Of a stretch of 26,417 nt of DNA, positions 7,003 to 14,162 are shown piece after piece. Both the position numbers and the translations under genes were made by a program. The first letter of the stretch is position 1. Each line of letters begins with the position of its first letter. This DNA comes from a virus (taxonomy: Duplodnaviria > Heunggongvirae > Uroviricota > Caudoviricetes): the IMG/VR virus record IMGVR_UViG_2703718784_000007. One strand, 5' to 3'. The notes under the pieces were generated by a model, which worked only from the letters and a program-made list of their open reading frames with translations, had not been told where the DNA came from and searched no databases.

Positions 7003-7335
7003 ATGAAAATGAAAAGAAATCTTCCGTTAATTATTTTGTTGTCTTCTCTGGTTATGGGCTGTACGCAACATAAAACAGATATGCCCCGACAGTTGGTTAA
7101 GGCATTACCACAATATCCGGCCTATGCAGCGGCAAATTATATAAAGGGACGGGTTGATGTGAAGTTTGATATTGGTGCTGATGGTACTGTCACCCGAATT
7201 GAGTTTATCCGTTCAGAGCCGCACCATCTGTTTGATGAGCAGGTTGTAAAAGCGATGGCAAAATGGCGATTTGAGAAGGACAGGCCGCGTAAAGGCGTGA
7301 AGAAAACGTTTATCTTTAGTCCTTCTGCACCCTGA
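7003..7335 (+). CDS. Lipoprotein with TonB C-terminal-domain-like fold; candidate moron
   Basis: Signal peptide with lipobox LVMGC (MKMKRNLPLIILLSSLVMGC); remainder resembles the TonB C-terminal domain as recalled (PQYPA.A......G.V.VKFD...DG.V.....I.S.P...F...V..AM..WR.E). Start chosen at ATG 7003; GTG 6994 or ATG 7009 also possible. Confidence 0.8.
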   Translation: MKMKRNLPLIILLSSLVMGCTQHKTDMPRQLVKALPQYPAYAAANYIKGRVDVKFDIGADGTVTRIEFIRSEPHHLFDEQVVKAMAKWRFEKDRPRKGVKKTFIFSPSAP

Positions 7336-7466
7336 TTATTTCATCAGAAATTAATTATCACTCTGTTGTTATTCTGTACATCCCGGCAGGGTAAGTCTTG
7401 TTCCGTCGGATATGAAGATGAAATATTGTTGGAGGACAGTGGGTACCTGCTCCTGTAACCGAACGT

Positions 7467-7667
7467 TCATTTCTCGTTATTTGTCATGCTGGCCGGGCGC
7501 AGATGCGTTGCATCTGTTGCCAGCCTTCTCCTGCAGGCTTCAATAACCCACGCTGAAAAGTTACCGGACCCTTTATGCTCAAGGGCGATGTTGATCTGTT
7601 CAATCATGTGATTGGGGAAACGGATATTGCGGGTTGTGGTTCTGCGGGTCCGGTTTTTCGATGACAT
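7467..7667 (-). CDS. Ribbon-helix-helix (Arc/MetJ/CopG-like) DNA-binding protein, orphan
   Basis: Internal ATG at 7667 of minus ORF 7467-7727, with AAGGAAA RBS; N-terminal beta-strand motif RNIRFPNHMIEQI followed by two helices; the ORF-track GTG start at 7727 would overlap the HNH gene. Confidence 0.55.
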   Translation of the reverse strand: MSSKNRTRRTTTRNIRFPNHMIEQINIALEHKGSGNFSAWVIEACRRRLATDATHLRPASMTNNEK

Positions 7668-7708
7668 ATTTATTTCCTTTACTGATTGCCATATGACGGG
7701 GATTTTAC

Positions 7709-8074
7709 ATGGCTCAGCTTCGTACACTCCAGAGCAGAATCAAAACACTGAATACCCGACGGGTGAATATTCTGAAGGGTGAACAGCGTCGTGTCAGTGG
7801 CAGTGCACGTGTTTCCCTCAAGCGTCATATCTGGCTCAGGGACGCCGGGCAGTGCTGTCTCTGTGGTCGTGTGGTTGACCTCTGTGACAGTGAACTCGAT
7901 CACCGAATTGCACTTCAGTTCGGTGGTGGTAATGAGGAGACGAATCTCTGGACGCTCTGTACCGAATGCCATCGACAAAAGTCTGTTCGTGAAGCGGCGA
8001 GTGGTATGCCGGACCCGACACTGCCGGAGGTGTCCGGAGGTAGTGGCAGAGCGGACGACATCATCGGACTGTAA
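7709..8074 (+). CDS. HNH endonuclease (terminase-associated, HK97 gp74-like)
   Basis: Cys-pair zinc finger and HNH motif (CCLCG...DHRIALQFGG.N...NLWTLCTECHRQK); located immediately upstream of the cos region and terminase genes. Confidence 0.85.
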   Translation: MAQLRTLQSRIKTLNTRRVNILKGEQRRVSGSARVSLKRHIWLRDAGQCCLCGRVVDLCDSELDHRIALQFGGGNEETNLWTLCTECHRQKSVREAASGMPDPTLPEVSGGSGRADDIIGL

Positions 8075-8363
8075 CCCGACCCGGGGGGGTATCATCCGGC
8101 GTAAAAAACTATCGCTCCGGACACCGCGCCCCCTCTCACGCAGAGAAAAAATTCCCGTTTCAGGGCAGTTAACATGTTAACTGGCTGTCCGGGCATTTTT
8201 GCGGTTTTTATCTTTATTATTCAGTTTGTTGCGTGGAAAAAATGTTAACAGGCTTTTTCAGCAAATGTTAACCAGGCAGCAGTTAACATTTGCGGCATGA
8301 GACGCCGGGAAAAATGGGCTGAACCATACCCGGCTGAGTGCGTTCTGGACCCGGGAGGAGGCT
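8075..8363. other. cos / packaging-initiation region (candidate cosN-cosB) with multiple GTTAAC(A) motifs
   Basis: Non-coding gap between HNH and TerS; perfect palindrome gttaacatgttaac (8168-8181), further tgttaac motifs at 8243-8250, 8266-8272, 8282-8288 forming an inverted pair; G-rich tract near 8087-8100. Confidence 0.5.
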
Positions 8364-8927
8364 GTGCTGACAACGCAAAAACGAAAATTTGCGCTGGCGC
8401 TCATGTCCGGGAAAAACAAAACAGCGTCAGCCATTGCCGCCGGTTATTCGGCGAAGACAGCCAGGGTTAAAGGCTCGCAGCTGGCAAAAGATCCGGAGGT
8501 GCTTGCGTTTATAGCCCGTAAACAGTGCGAGACGGTGGAGGTGGATGAGGTTCCTGTTTACCGGCAGAAAAAATCAGAGCAGGAGGATAAACCCCGTCGC
8601 CGTGAGGCGGCTGCAATACCACAGCCGGACGAAACAAATCCGGAGATGCCACCGCCCGTGGTGATATCTCCTGGTATTGAGTATATGGAGGACGGTCTTC
8701 CCGATCCTGTGAAAGCGATGGGGCGTCTTCTGGTGGAGAACATTAATACCGACCCCAGGCTGGCGCTGGATGCGGCTTATAAGCTGGCGCAGTTCACGCA
8801 CCACAAAAAAGGGGATGCCGGTAAAAAATCGGCAAAAGGTGACGCGGCGAAAAAAGCGGCTAACCGTTTTGCGGTGCCACCACCACCCCGCCTGGTGGTG
8901 AATAATGATAATGAGGGCAACGGATGA
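8364..8927 (+). CDS. Terminase small subunit
   Basis: GTG start with GGAGGAGG RBS; N-terminal HTH-type motif (ASAIAAGYSAKTARVKGSQL); stop overlaps the TerL start. Confidence 0.8.
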   Translation: MLTTQKRKFALALMSGKNKTASAIAAGYSAKTARVKGSQLAKDPEVLAFIARKQCETVEVDEVPVYRQKKSEQEDKPRRREAAAIPQPDETNPEMPPPVVISPGIEYMEDGLPDPVKAMGRLLVENINTDPRLALDAAYKLAQFTHHKKGDAGKKSAKGDAAKKAANRFAVPPPPRLVVNNDNEGNG

Positions 8928-10585
8928 TACCAGTGTGGAGCACGGCCTGCCCGGACTGGGCAGAGCGTCTGAAAAAGGGGCTGTCGATTATTCCGTCTCC
9001 GATTTACCCGGAGCAGGCCGCACATGCCCTGGCGATTTTTAAACAACTGCGGATTGTGGATGCACCGGGCAGCCCGACGTTCGGGGAGTCCTGTGCAGCG
9101 TGGGTGTTTGACCTGGTGGCGGCCCTGTTTGGCTCCTACGATGCGCAGACCGGTGTACGCCATATAAAGGAAGTGTTCATTCTGATACCGAAAAAAAACA
9201 GCAAGTCCACGCTGGCCGCGGGGATCATGATGACGGCGCTGTTACTGAACTGGCGGCAGGCGGCGGGCTACACCATTCTGGCCCCGACCGTGGAGGTGGC
9301 GGCTAACGCCTTCAACCCTGCCAGGGATATGGTTCGACGGGACGATGATCTGGATGACCTCTGTCAGGTGCAGACACATATCCGGACCATCACCCATCGG
9401 GTGACGGACACCACCCTTAAGGTGGTGGCTGCCGATCCGAATACGGTGTCCGGTATCAAGTCCGTGGGGACGCTGATTGATGAACTGTGGTTATTTGGCA
9501 AGCAGTACAAAGCGGAGGACATGTTACGTGAAGCCATAGGCGGCCTTGCCTCCCGCCCGGAAGGGTTTGTGGTGTATACGACCACCCAGTCGAATGAGCC
9601 GCCAGCCGGAGTGTTCAGACAGAAACTGCAGTACGCCCGGGATGTCCGTGACGGCAAAATTCATGATCCGCACTTTCTGCCGGTGATATTTGAACACCCT
9701 CCTGAAATGGTGGAAAGCGGGGCTCACCTGCTGATGGAAAACCTCGCCATGGTCAATCCGAATCTCGGTTATTCGGTGGATGAGGCTTTTCTGTACCGGG
9801 AGTACCGTAAAGCCCGGGAGGCTGGTGAGGAAGCATTTCGTGGCTTCATGTCAAAACACGCCAATGTGGAAATCGGTCTTGCCCTGCGTTCTGACCGCTG
9901 GGCGGGCGCGGATTTCTGGGAGCAGCAGGGCAGGCGCGTCAGCCTGGACGATATCCTGCAGCGCGCTGATGTGGTGACGGTGGGGATTGACGGCGGGGGC
10001 CTGGATGATCTGCTGGGAATGTACGTGATTGGCCGTGACAGGGAAACCCGCGAATGGCTGGGCTGGGGCCATGCCTGGGCGCATGAAACCGCGGTGCTCA
10101 GACGGAAGAGTGAGGCATCCCGGTTTCAGGATTTTGTGGCCTGTGGAGACATGACGATTGTCCGTCGGGTCGGGGATGACACGGCGGAAGTGGCGGAGTA
10201 TGTGCGTCGTATCCATGAGGCTGAGTTACTGGATCATATCGGTATTGACCCGTCAGGTGTGGGGCAGATTCTGGATTCACTGGCGGAAGCCGGGATCCCC
10301 GACGGAATTGTTGTGGGGATAAGCCAGGGCTGGAAGCTGGGCGGGGCCATCAAAACCACCGAGCGCAAACTGGCTGAGGGAGTGCTGGTGCATGGTGGTC
10401 AGCCACTGATGGCCTGGTGCGTTGGCAATGCCCGGGTGGAGACTAAAGGTAACGCCATCCTTATTACCAAACAGGCCAGCGGACGGGGGAAAATTGACCC
10501 GCTGATGGCGCTGTTCAATGCGGTATCCCTGATGTCCCTGAATCCGGGGCCGAAAAAGAAAGAATATGCGGTTTTTTTCATATAA
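8924..10585 (+). CDS. Terminase large subunit (HK97-like)
   Basis: 553 aa; ATGA overlap with TerS; position and size; ATPase and nuclease regions not verified by search. Confidence 0.85.
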   Translation: MIPVWSTACPDWAERLKKGLSIIPSPIYPEQAAHALAIFKQLRIVDAPGSPTFGESCAAWVFDLVAALFGSYDAQTGVRHIKEVFILIPKKNSKSTLAAGIMMTALLLNWRQAAGYTILAPTVEVAANAFNPARDMVRRDDDLDDLCQVQTHIRTITHRVTDTTLKVVAADPNTVSGIKSVGTLIDELWLFGKQYKAEDMLREAIGGLASRPEGFVVYTTTQSNEPPAGVFRQKLQYARDVRDGKIHDPHFLPVIFEHPPEMVESGAHLLMENLAMVNPNLGYSVDEAFLYREYRKAREAGEEAFRGFMSKHANVEIGLALRSDRWAGADFWEQQGRRVSLDDILQRADVVTVGIDGGGLDDLLGMYVIGRDRETREWLGWGHAWAHETAVLRRKSEASRFQDFVACGDMTIVRRVGDDTAEVAEYVRRIHEAELLDHIGIDPSGVGQILDSLAEAGIPDGIVVGISQGWKLGGAIKTTERKLAEGVLVHGGQPLMAWCVGNARVETKGNAILITKQASGRGKIDPLMALFNAVSLMSLNPGPKKKEYAVFFI

Positions 10586-10611
10586 CCCTGTTCACCCTGT
10601 AACCATCATGG

Positions 10612-10631
10612 ACCGCTGCGGCGGTTTTTTT
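10612..10631 (+). terminator. Weak terminator-like hairpin (accgc-tgcg-gcggt followed by T7) between TerL and the capsid fusion gene
   Basis: 5-bp GC stem followed by a T-run. Confidence 0.35.
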
Positions 10632-10648
10632 ATTTTCAGGAGGCTGAT

Positions 10649-12586
10649 GTGACTCTTAAACGGGCCTGCTCCCTGCTGACGGTGAAATCCTTCAGTGAGG
10701 ATGAGCGGGTGATCACCGGGATTGCGTCAACGCCTTCTCCGGATCGGGATGGTGACATCCTGGAGCCGGAGGGCGCGGAGTTTGGCAGTGCGATCCCGTT
10801 TCTCTGGCAGCATGACCATTCCCGCCCGGTGGGGCAGTGTACGGTGCGCCGGGTCAGCGAAGGGCTGGAAATCACGGCAACACTGGCGAAGCCCGTGCCG
10901 GATATGCCATCGCAACTGGCTGCCCGGCTGGATGAGGCCTGGGCGGCCATTAAGACCGGGCTGGTCAGGGGGCTGTCCGTGGGCTTCCGTCCTCATGAAT
11001 ACACCTTTCTGGACGGAGGCGGACTGCATTTTCTGCGCTGGGAACTGATGGAGGTGTCTGCCGTCACCGTGCCCGCGAATGCGGAATGCACCATCCGGAC
11101 CATTAAATCTTACGACCGCCAGTTTTCTGCCGCGTCCGGCAACCGGAAACCGGTGGTGAAAATCGCATCTTCTGCCGGCGCTGCGGCACAGTCAACAACC
11201 GTTTTTCATAAGGAAAAGACCATAATGAATATTGGCGAACAGATTAAAAGTTTTGAAAACAAGCGTGCAGCGCTGGCAGCCTCCCTTGAGGAGGTCATGA
11301 CCAAAGCCGCAGAGGAAGGGCGCACGCTGGGTGTGGAGGAGGAAGAGCATTACGACAACACCGCAGCGGAAATCCGTCAGGTGGATGCGCACCTGAAGCG
11401 CCTGCGTGAACTGGAAGCCGGTAAGGCCGCCACGGCGCAGCCGGTGAAACAGGCCGGTAACGGGAATGTGGCCGCGGTGGCTTCTGCGCCGGTGATCCGT
11501 GTGGAGCAGAAACTGGATAAGGGGATTGGTTTCGCACGTTTTGCCAAATCACTGGCTGCGGCTAAAGGTGTCCGCTCTGAAGCCCTGGAAGTGGCCCGTC
11601 GTCAGTATCCGGATGACAGTCGTCTGCATCATGTCCTGAAATCGGCAGTGGGCGCGGGGACCACCACGGATCCGCAGTGGGCAGGCAGCCTGTCTGAATA
11701 TCAGGAATACGCACAGGACTTTATTGATTACCTGCGTCCTCAGACCATTATCGGGCGATTTGGTCAGGGCGGGATCCCTGCACTTCGTCAGGTGCCGTTC
11801 AATATCCGTGTGCACGCCCAGGTGTCCGGCGGTGCTGCCGGCTGGGTGGGTGAGGGTAAGGCAAAACCCCTGACGAAGTTTGATTTTGAATCCATCACCT
11901 TCAGTCATGCGAAGGTGTCGGCCATTGCGGTACTGACGGAAGAATTGATCTGTTTTTCCAGTCCGGCTGCTGATGCACTGGTCCGTAATGCGCTGGCGGA
12001 AGCGGTGGTGGCGCGTCTGGATACAGACTTTGTGGACCCGAAAAAAGCGGCGGTGGCAGATGTCTCCCCGGCGTCCATCACCCATGATGTGAAGGGCACG
12101 GCATCAAGCGGTAACCCGGATGCGGATGCAGAGGCTGCGTTTGGACAGTTTGTGGCAGCAAACCTGCAGCCCACCGGTGCGGTCTGGCTGATGTCCAGCA
12201 CCAATGCCCTGGCACTGTCCATGCGTAAAAATGCGCTGGGTCAGAAAGAATACCCGGACATGACCCTGCTGGGTGGCTCCTTCCAGGGGCTGCCGGTGAT
12301 TGTCTCCCAGTACGTGGGTGACCAGCTGGTGCTGGTGAATGCCCCGGATATTTATCTGGCGGATGACGGCGGCGTGGCAGTGGATATGTCCCGCGAGGCA
12401 TCACTGGAAATGCAGTCTGAGCCGACCGGCGACAGTACCACGCCGTCGCCGGTGGAGCTGGTTTCCATGTTCCAGACAGGCAGCGTGGCCATCCGTGCGG
12501 AGCGCTGGATCAACTGGCGTCGTCGCCGTACCGCGGCGGTGGCGGTGATCACCGGAGTGAACTACGGCAGTGCGTCCGGCGGCTGA
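10649..12586 (+). CDS. Prohead protease - scaffold (delta-like) - major capsid protein fusion, HK97 family
   Basis: GTG start with AGGAGG RBS; N-terminal ~150 aa with HK97 prohead protease hallmarks (HDHSRPVGQ, GLSVGF, EVSAVTVPAN); central coiled-coil segment; C-terminal ~400 aa MCP-like; internal in-frame ATG at 11225 preceded by AAGGAAAAG. Confidence 0.85.
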   Translation: MTLKRACSLLTVKSFSEDERVITGIASTPSPDRDGDILEPEGAEFGSAIPFLWQHDHSRPVGQCTVRRVSEGLEITATLAKPVPDMPSQLAARLDEAWAAIKTGLVRGLSVGFRPHEYTFLDGGGLHFLRWELMEVSAVTVPANAECTIRTIKSYDRQFSAASGNRKPVVKIASSAGAAAQSTTVFHKEKTIMNIGEQIKSFENKRAALAASLEEVMTKAAEEGRTLGVEEEEHYDNTAAEIRQVDAHLKRLRELEAGKAATAQPVKQAGNGNVAAVASAPVIRVEQKLDKGIGFARFAKSLAAAKGVRSEALEVARRQYPDDSRLHHVLKSAVGAGTTTDPQWAGSLSEYQEYAQDFIDYLRPQTIIGRFGQGGIPALRQVPFNIRVHAQVSGGAAGWVGEGKAKPLTKFDFESITFSHAKVSAIAVLTEELICFSSPAADALVRNALAEAVVARLDTDFVDPKKAAVADVSPASITHDVKGTASSGNPDADAEAAFGQFVAANLQPTGAVWLMSSTNALALSMRKNALGQKEYPDMTLLGGSFQGLPVIVSQYVGDQLVLVNAPDIYLADDGGVAVDMSREASLEMQSEPTGDSTTPSPVELVSMFQTGSVAIRAERWINWRRRRTAAVAVITGVNYGSASGG

Positions 12587-12600
12587 GTCTGATAAGGAGG

Positions 12601-12622
12601 ACGGGAGGCGTGCGCCTCCCGT
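12601..12622 (+). other. Strong GC-rich stem-loop just after the capsid gene stop (acgggagg-cgtgcg-cctcccgt), no U-tract
   Basis: 8-bp perfect stem with 6-nt loop, 15 nt after the stop; candidate mRNA stabiliser or weak terminator. Confidence 0.4.
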
Positions 12623-12797
12623 AACAGGTTATGGCAAAGATCCGATATCTGCAGGGCACGCATGATGCCCGGGCCGGGGATATCCGTGATGTGGCACAGC
12701 CGTGTGCGGAGGTGCTGGTTCGCCTGGGAAAGGCGGAGTACATCACGGTGCGACGTCCGGCAGGTCAGAAAAAGAAACGTGATGCGGAGCATGGCGA

Positions 12798-14162
12798 ATG
12801 TGGAACCTTTTACGGCGAACCCGAAAAAACCAGAAATCAGGACGTGACGTAAGAGAGGCGGGCTGGACCAGCCTGTTTCAGGCGGTGGCTGAGCCCTTTT
12901 CCGGTGCCTGGCAGCAGGGCGTGAAAGCCGATCCTGAAGCCGTCCTCTCCTTTCATGCGGTGTTTGCATGTATTTCGCTGATATCCCAGGATATCGCCAA
13001 AATGCGGCTGCGTCTTATGCAGACGGATGCGCAGGGGATACGCAGGGAAACGCGCCGGGGGGATATTGCCCGCCTCTGTCGTCGTCCCAACGCCCAGCAG
13101 AACCGCATCCAGTTTTTTGAACTGTGGCTGAACGCCAAACTGCGTCACGGCAATACGGTGGTGCTGAAAATCCGTAATGCCCGGGGGCAGATCAAAGAAC
13201 TGCGTATTCTGGACTGGAACCGGGTTGAACCTCTGGTGGCGGATGACGGCGAGGTGTTCTACCGCATCACGCCGGACCGGAACTGCGGGATCACTGAGGC
13301 GGTGACGGTGCCTGCCCGGGAAGTGATCCACGACCGGTTTAACTGTTTTTTTCATCCGCTTATAGGATTGCCGCCGGTGTATGCCGCCGGGCTGGCGGCC
13401 ACGCAGGGGCATCATATTCAGGAAAATTCGACGTCTTTTTTCAGAAATGGCGGCAGGCCGTCCGGGGTGATTGAGATCCCCGGCAGTATTACGGAAGAAA
13501 ATGCGAAAAAACTGAAGAGCAACTGGGACAGCGGGTATACAGGCGAAAATGCGGGGAAAACGGCCATTCTGAGCAACGGGGCAAAATACAACCCCACGAC
13601 GTTTTCACCGGTGGATGCGCAGACGGTGGAACAACTGAAGATGACCGCTGAAATTGTCTGTTCGGTGTTCCGTGTCCCGGCCTACAAGATTGGCGTGGGA
13701 CAACCGCCTTCCAGTGACAACGTGGAGGCGCTGGAGCAGCAGTATTATTCCCAGTGCCTGCAGACACTGATTGAGTCCATTGAGCTGTTACTGGATGAGG
13801 CGCTGGAAACGGGGGAAAACGAGAGTACGGAATTTGATGTCACCACGCTGCTGAGAATGGACAGTGAGCGGCGCATGAAAACGCTGGGGGATGCGGTGAA
13901 AAATACGCTTCTCACGCCCAATGAAGCCCGAAAACGGGAGAACCTGCCGCCCCTGGCAGGAGGCGATGCACTGTATCTTCAGCAGCAGAACTACAGTCTG
14001 GAAGCGTTGTCCCGCCGTGATGCCCGTGAGGATCCGTTCGCGTCGTCCGGTAAAACAGCTTCCGTGCCTCAGGCGGTCGCTGCATCTGACGGTAATAAGG
14101 CAATCACTGAAACAGAGCATGACGCGGTGAAGGCGATGTTCAGGGGGATTCTGAAAAAATGA
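12798..14162 (+). CDS. Portal protein (HK97 family)
   Basis: 454 aa; first ATG after an in-frame stop at 12780, GGAG RBS; motifs typical of HK97-type portals (AVFACISLISQDIAKM, FFRNGGRPSGV, NAGKTAILSNG). Confidence 0.85.
   Translation: MWNLLRRTRKNQKSGRDVREAGWTSLFQAVAEPFSGAWQQGVKADPEAVLSFHAVFACISLISQDIAKMRLRLMQTDAQGIRRETRRGDIARLCRRPNAQQNRIQFFELWLNAKLRHGNTVVLKIRNARGQIKELRILDWNRVEPLVADDGEVFYRITPDRNCGITEAVTVPAREVIHDRFNCFFHPLIGLPPVYAAGLAATQGHHIQENSTSFFRNGGRPSGVIEIPGSITEENAKKLKSNWDSGYTGENAGKTAILSNGAKYNPTTFSPVDAQTVEQLKMTAEIVCSVFRVPAYKIGVGQPPSSDNVEALEQQYYSQCLQTLIESIELLLDEALETGENESTEFDVTTLLRMDSERRMKTLGDAVKNTLLTPNEARKRENLPPLAGGDALYLQQQNYSLEALSRRDAREDPFASSGKTASVPQAVAASDGNKAITETEHDAVKAMFRGILKK

Noticed and set aside
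6679-7073. ORFs 6679-6900 and 6822-7073 (plus strand)
   Set aside because: No RBS and mutually overlapping; the second overlaps the better-supported TonB-like gene start. Region treated as intergenic or regulatory.
7679-8180. Overlapping ORFs around the HNH gene (7679-8095 minus, 7779-8180 plus, 7836-8021 minus)
   Set aside because: Alternative frames of the HNH gene, which has clear catalytic motifs.
12631-12852. 73-aa ORF between capsid and portal genes, possibly a lambda W-like head-tail joining protein
   Set aside because: Weak RBS, overlaps the portal start by 55 nt in another frame, no recognisable similarity to gpW; left unannotated but not excluded.
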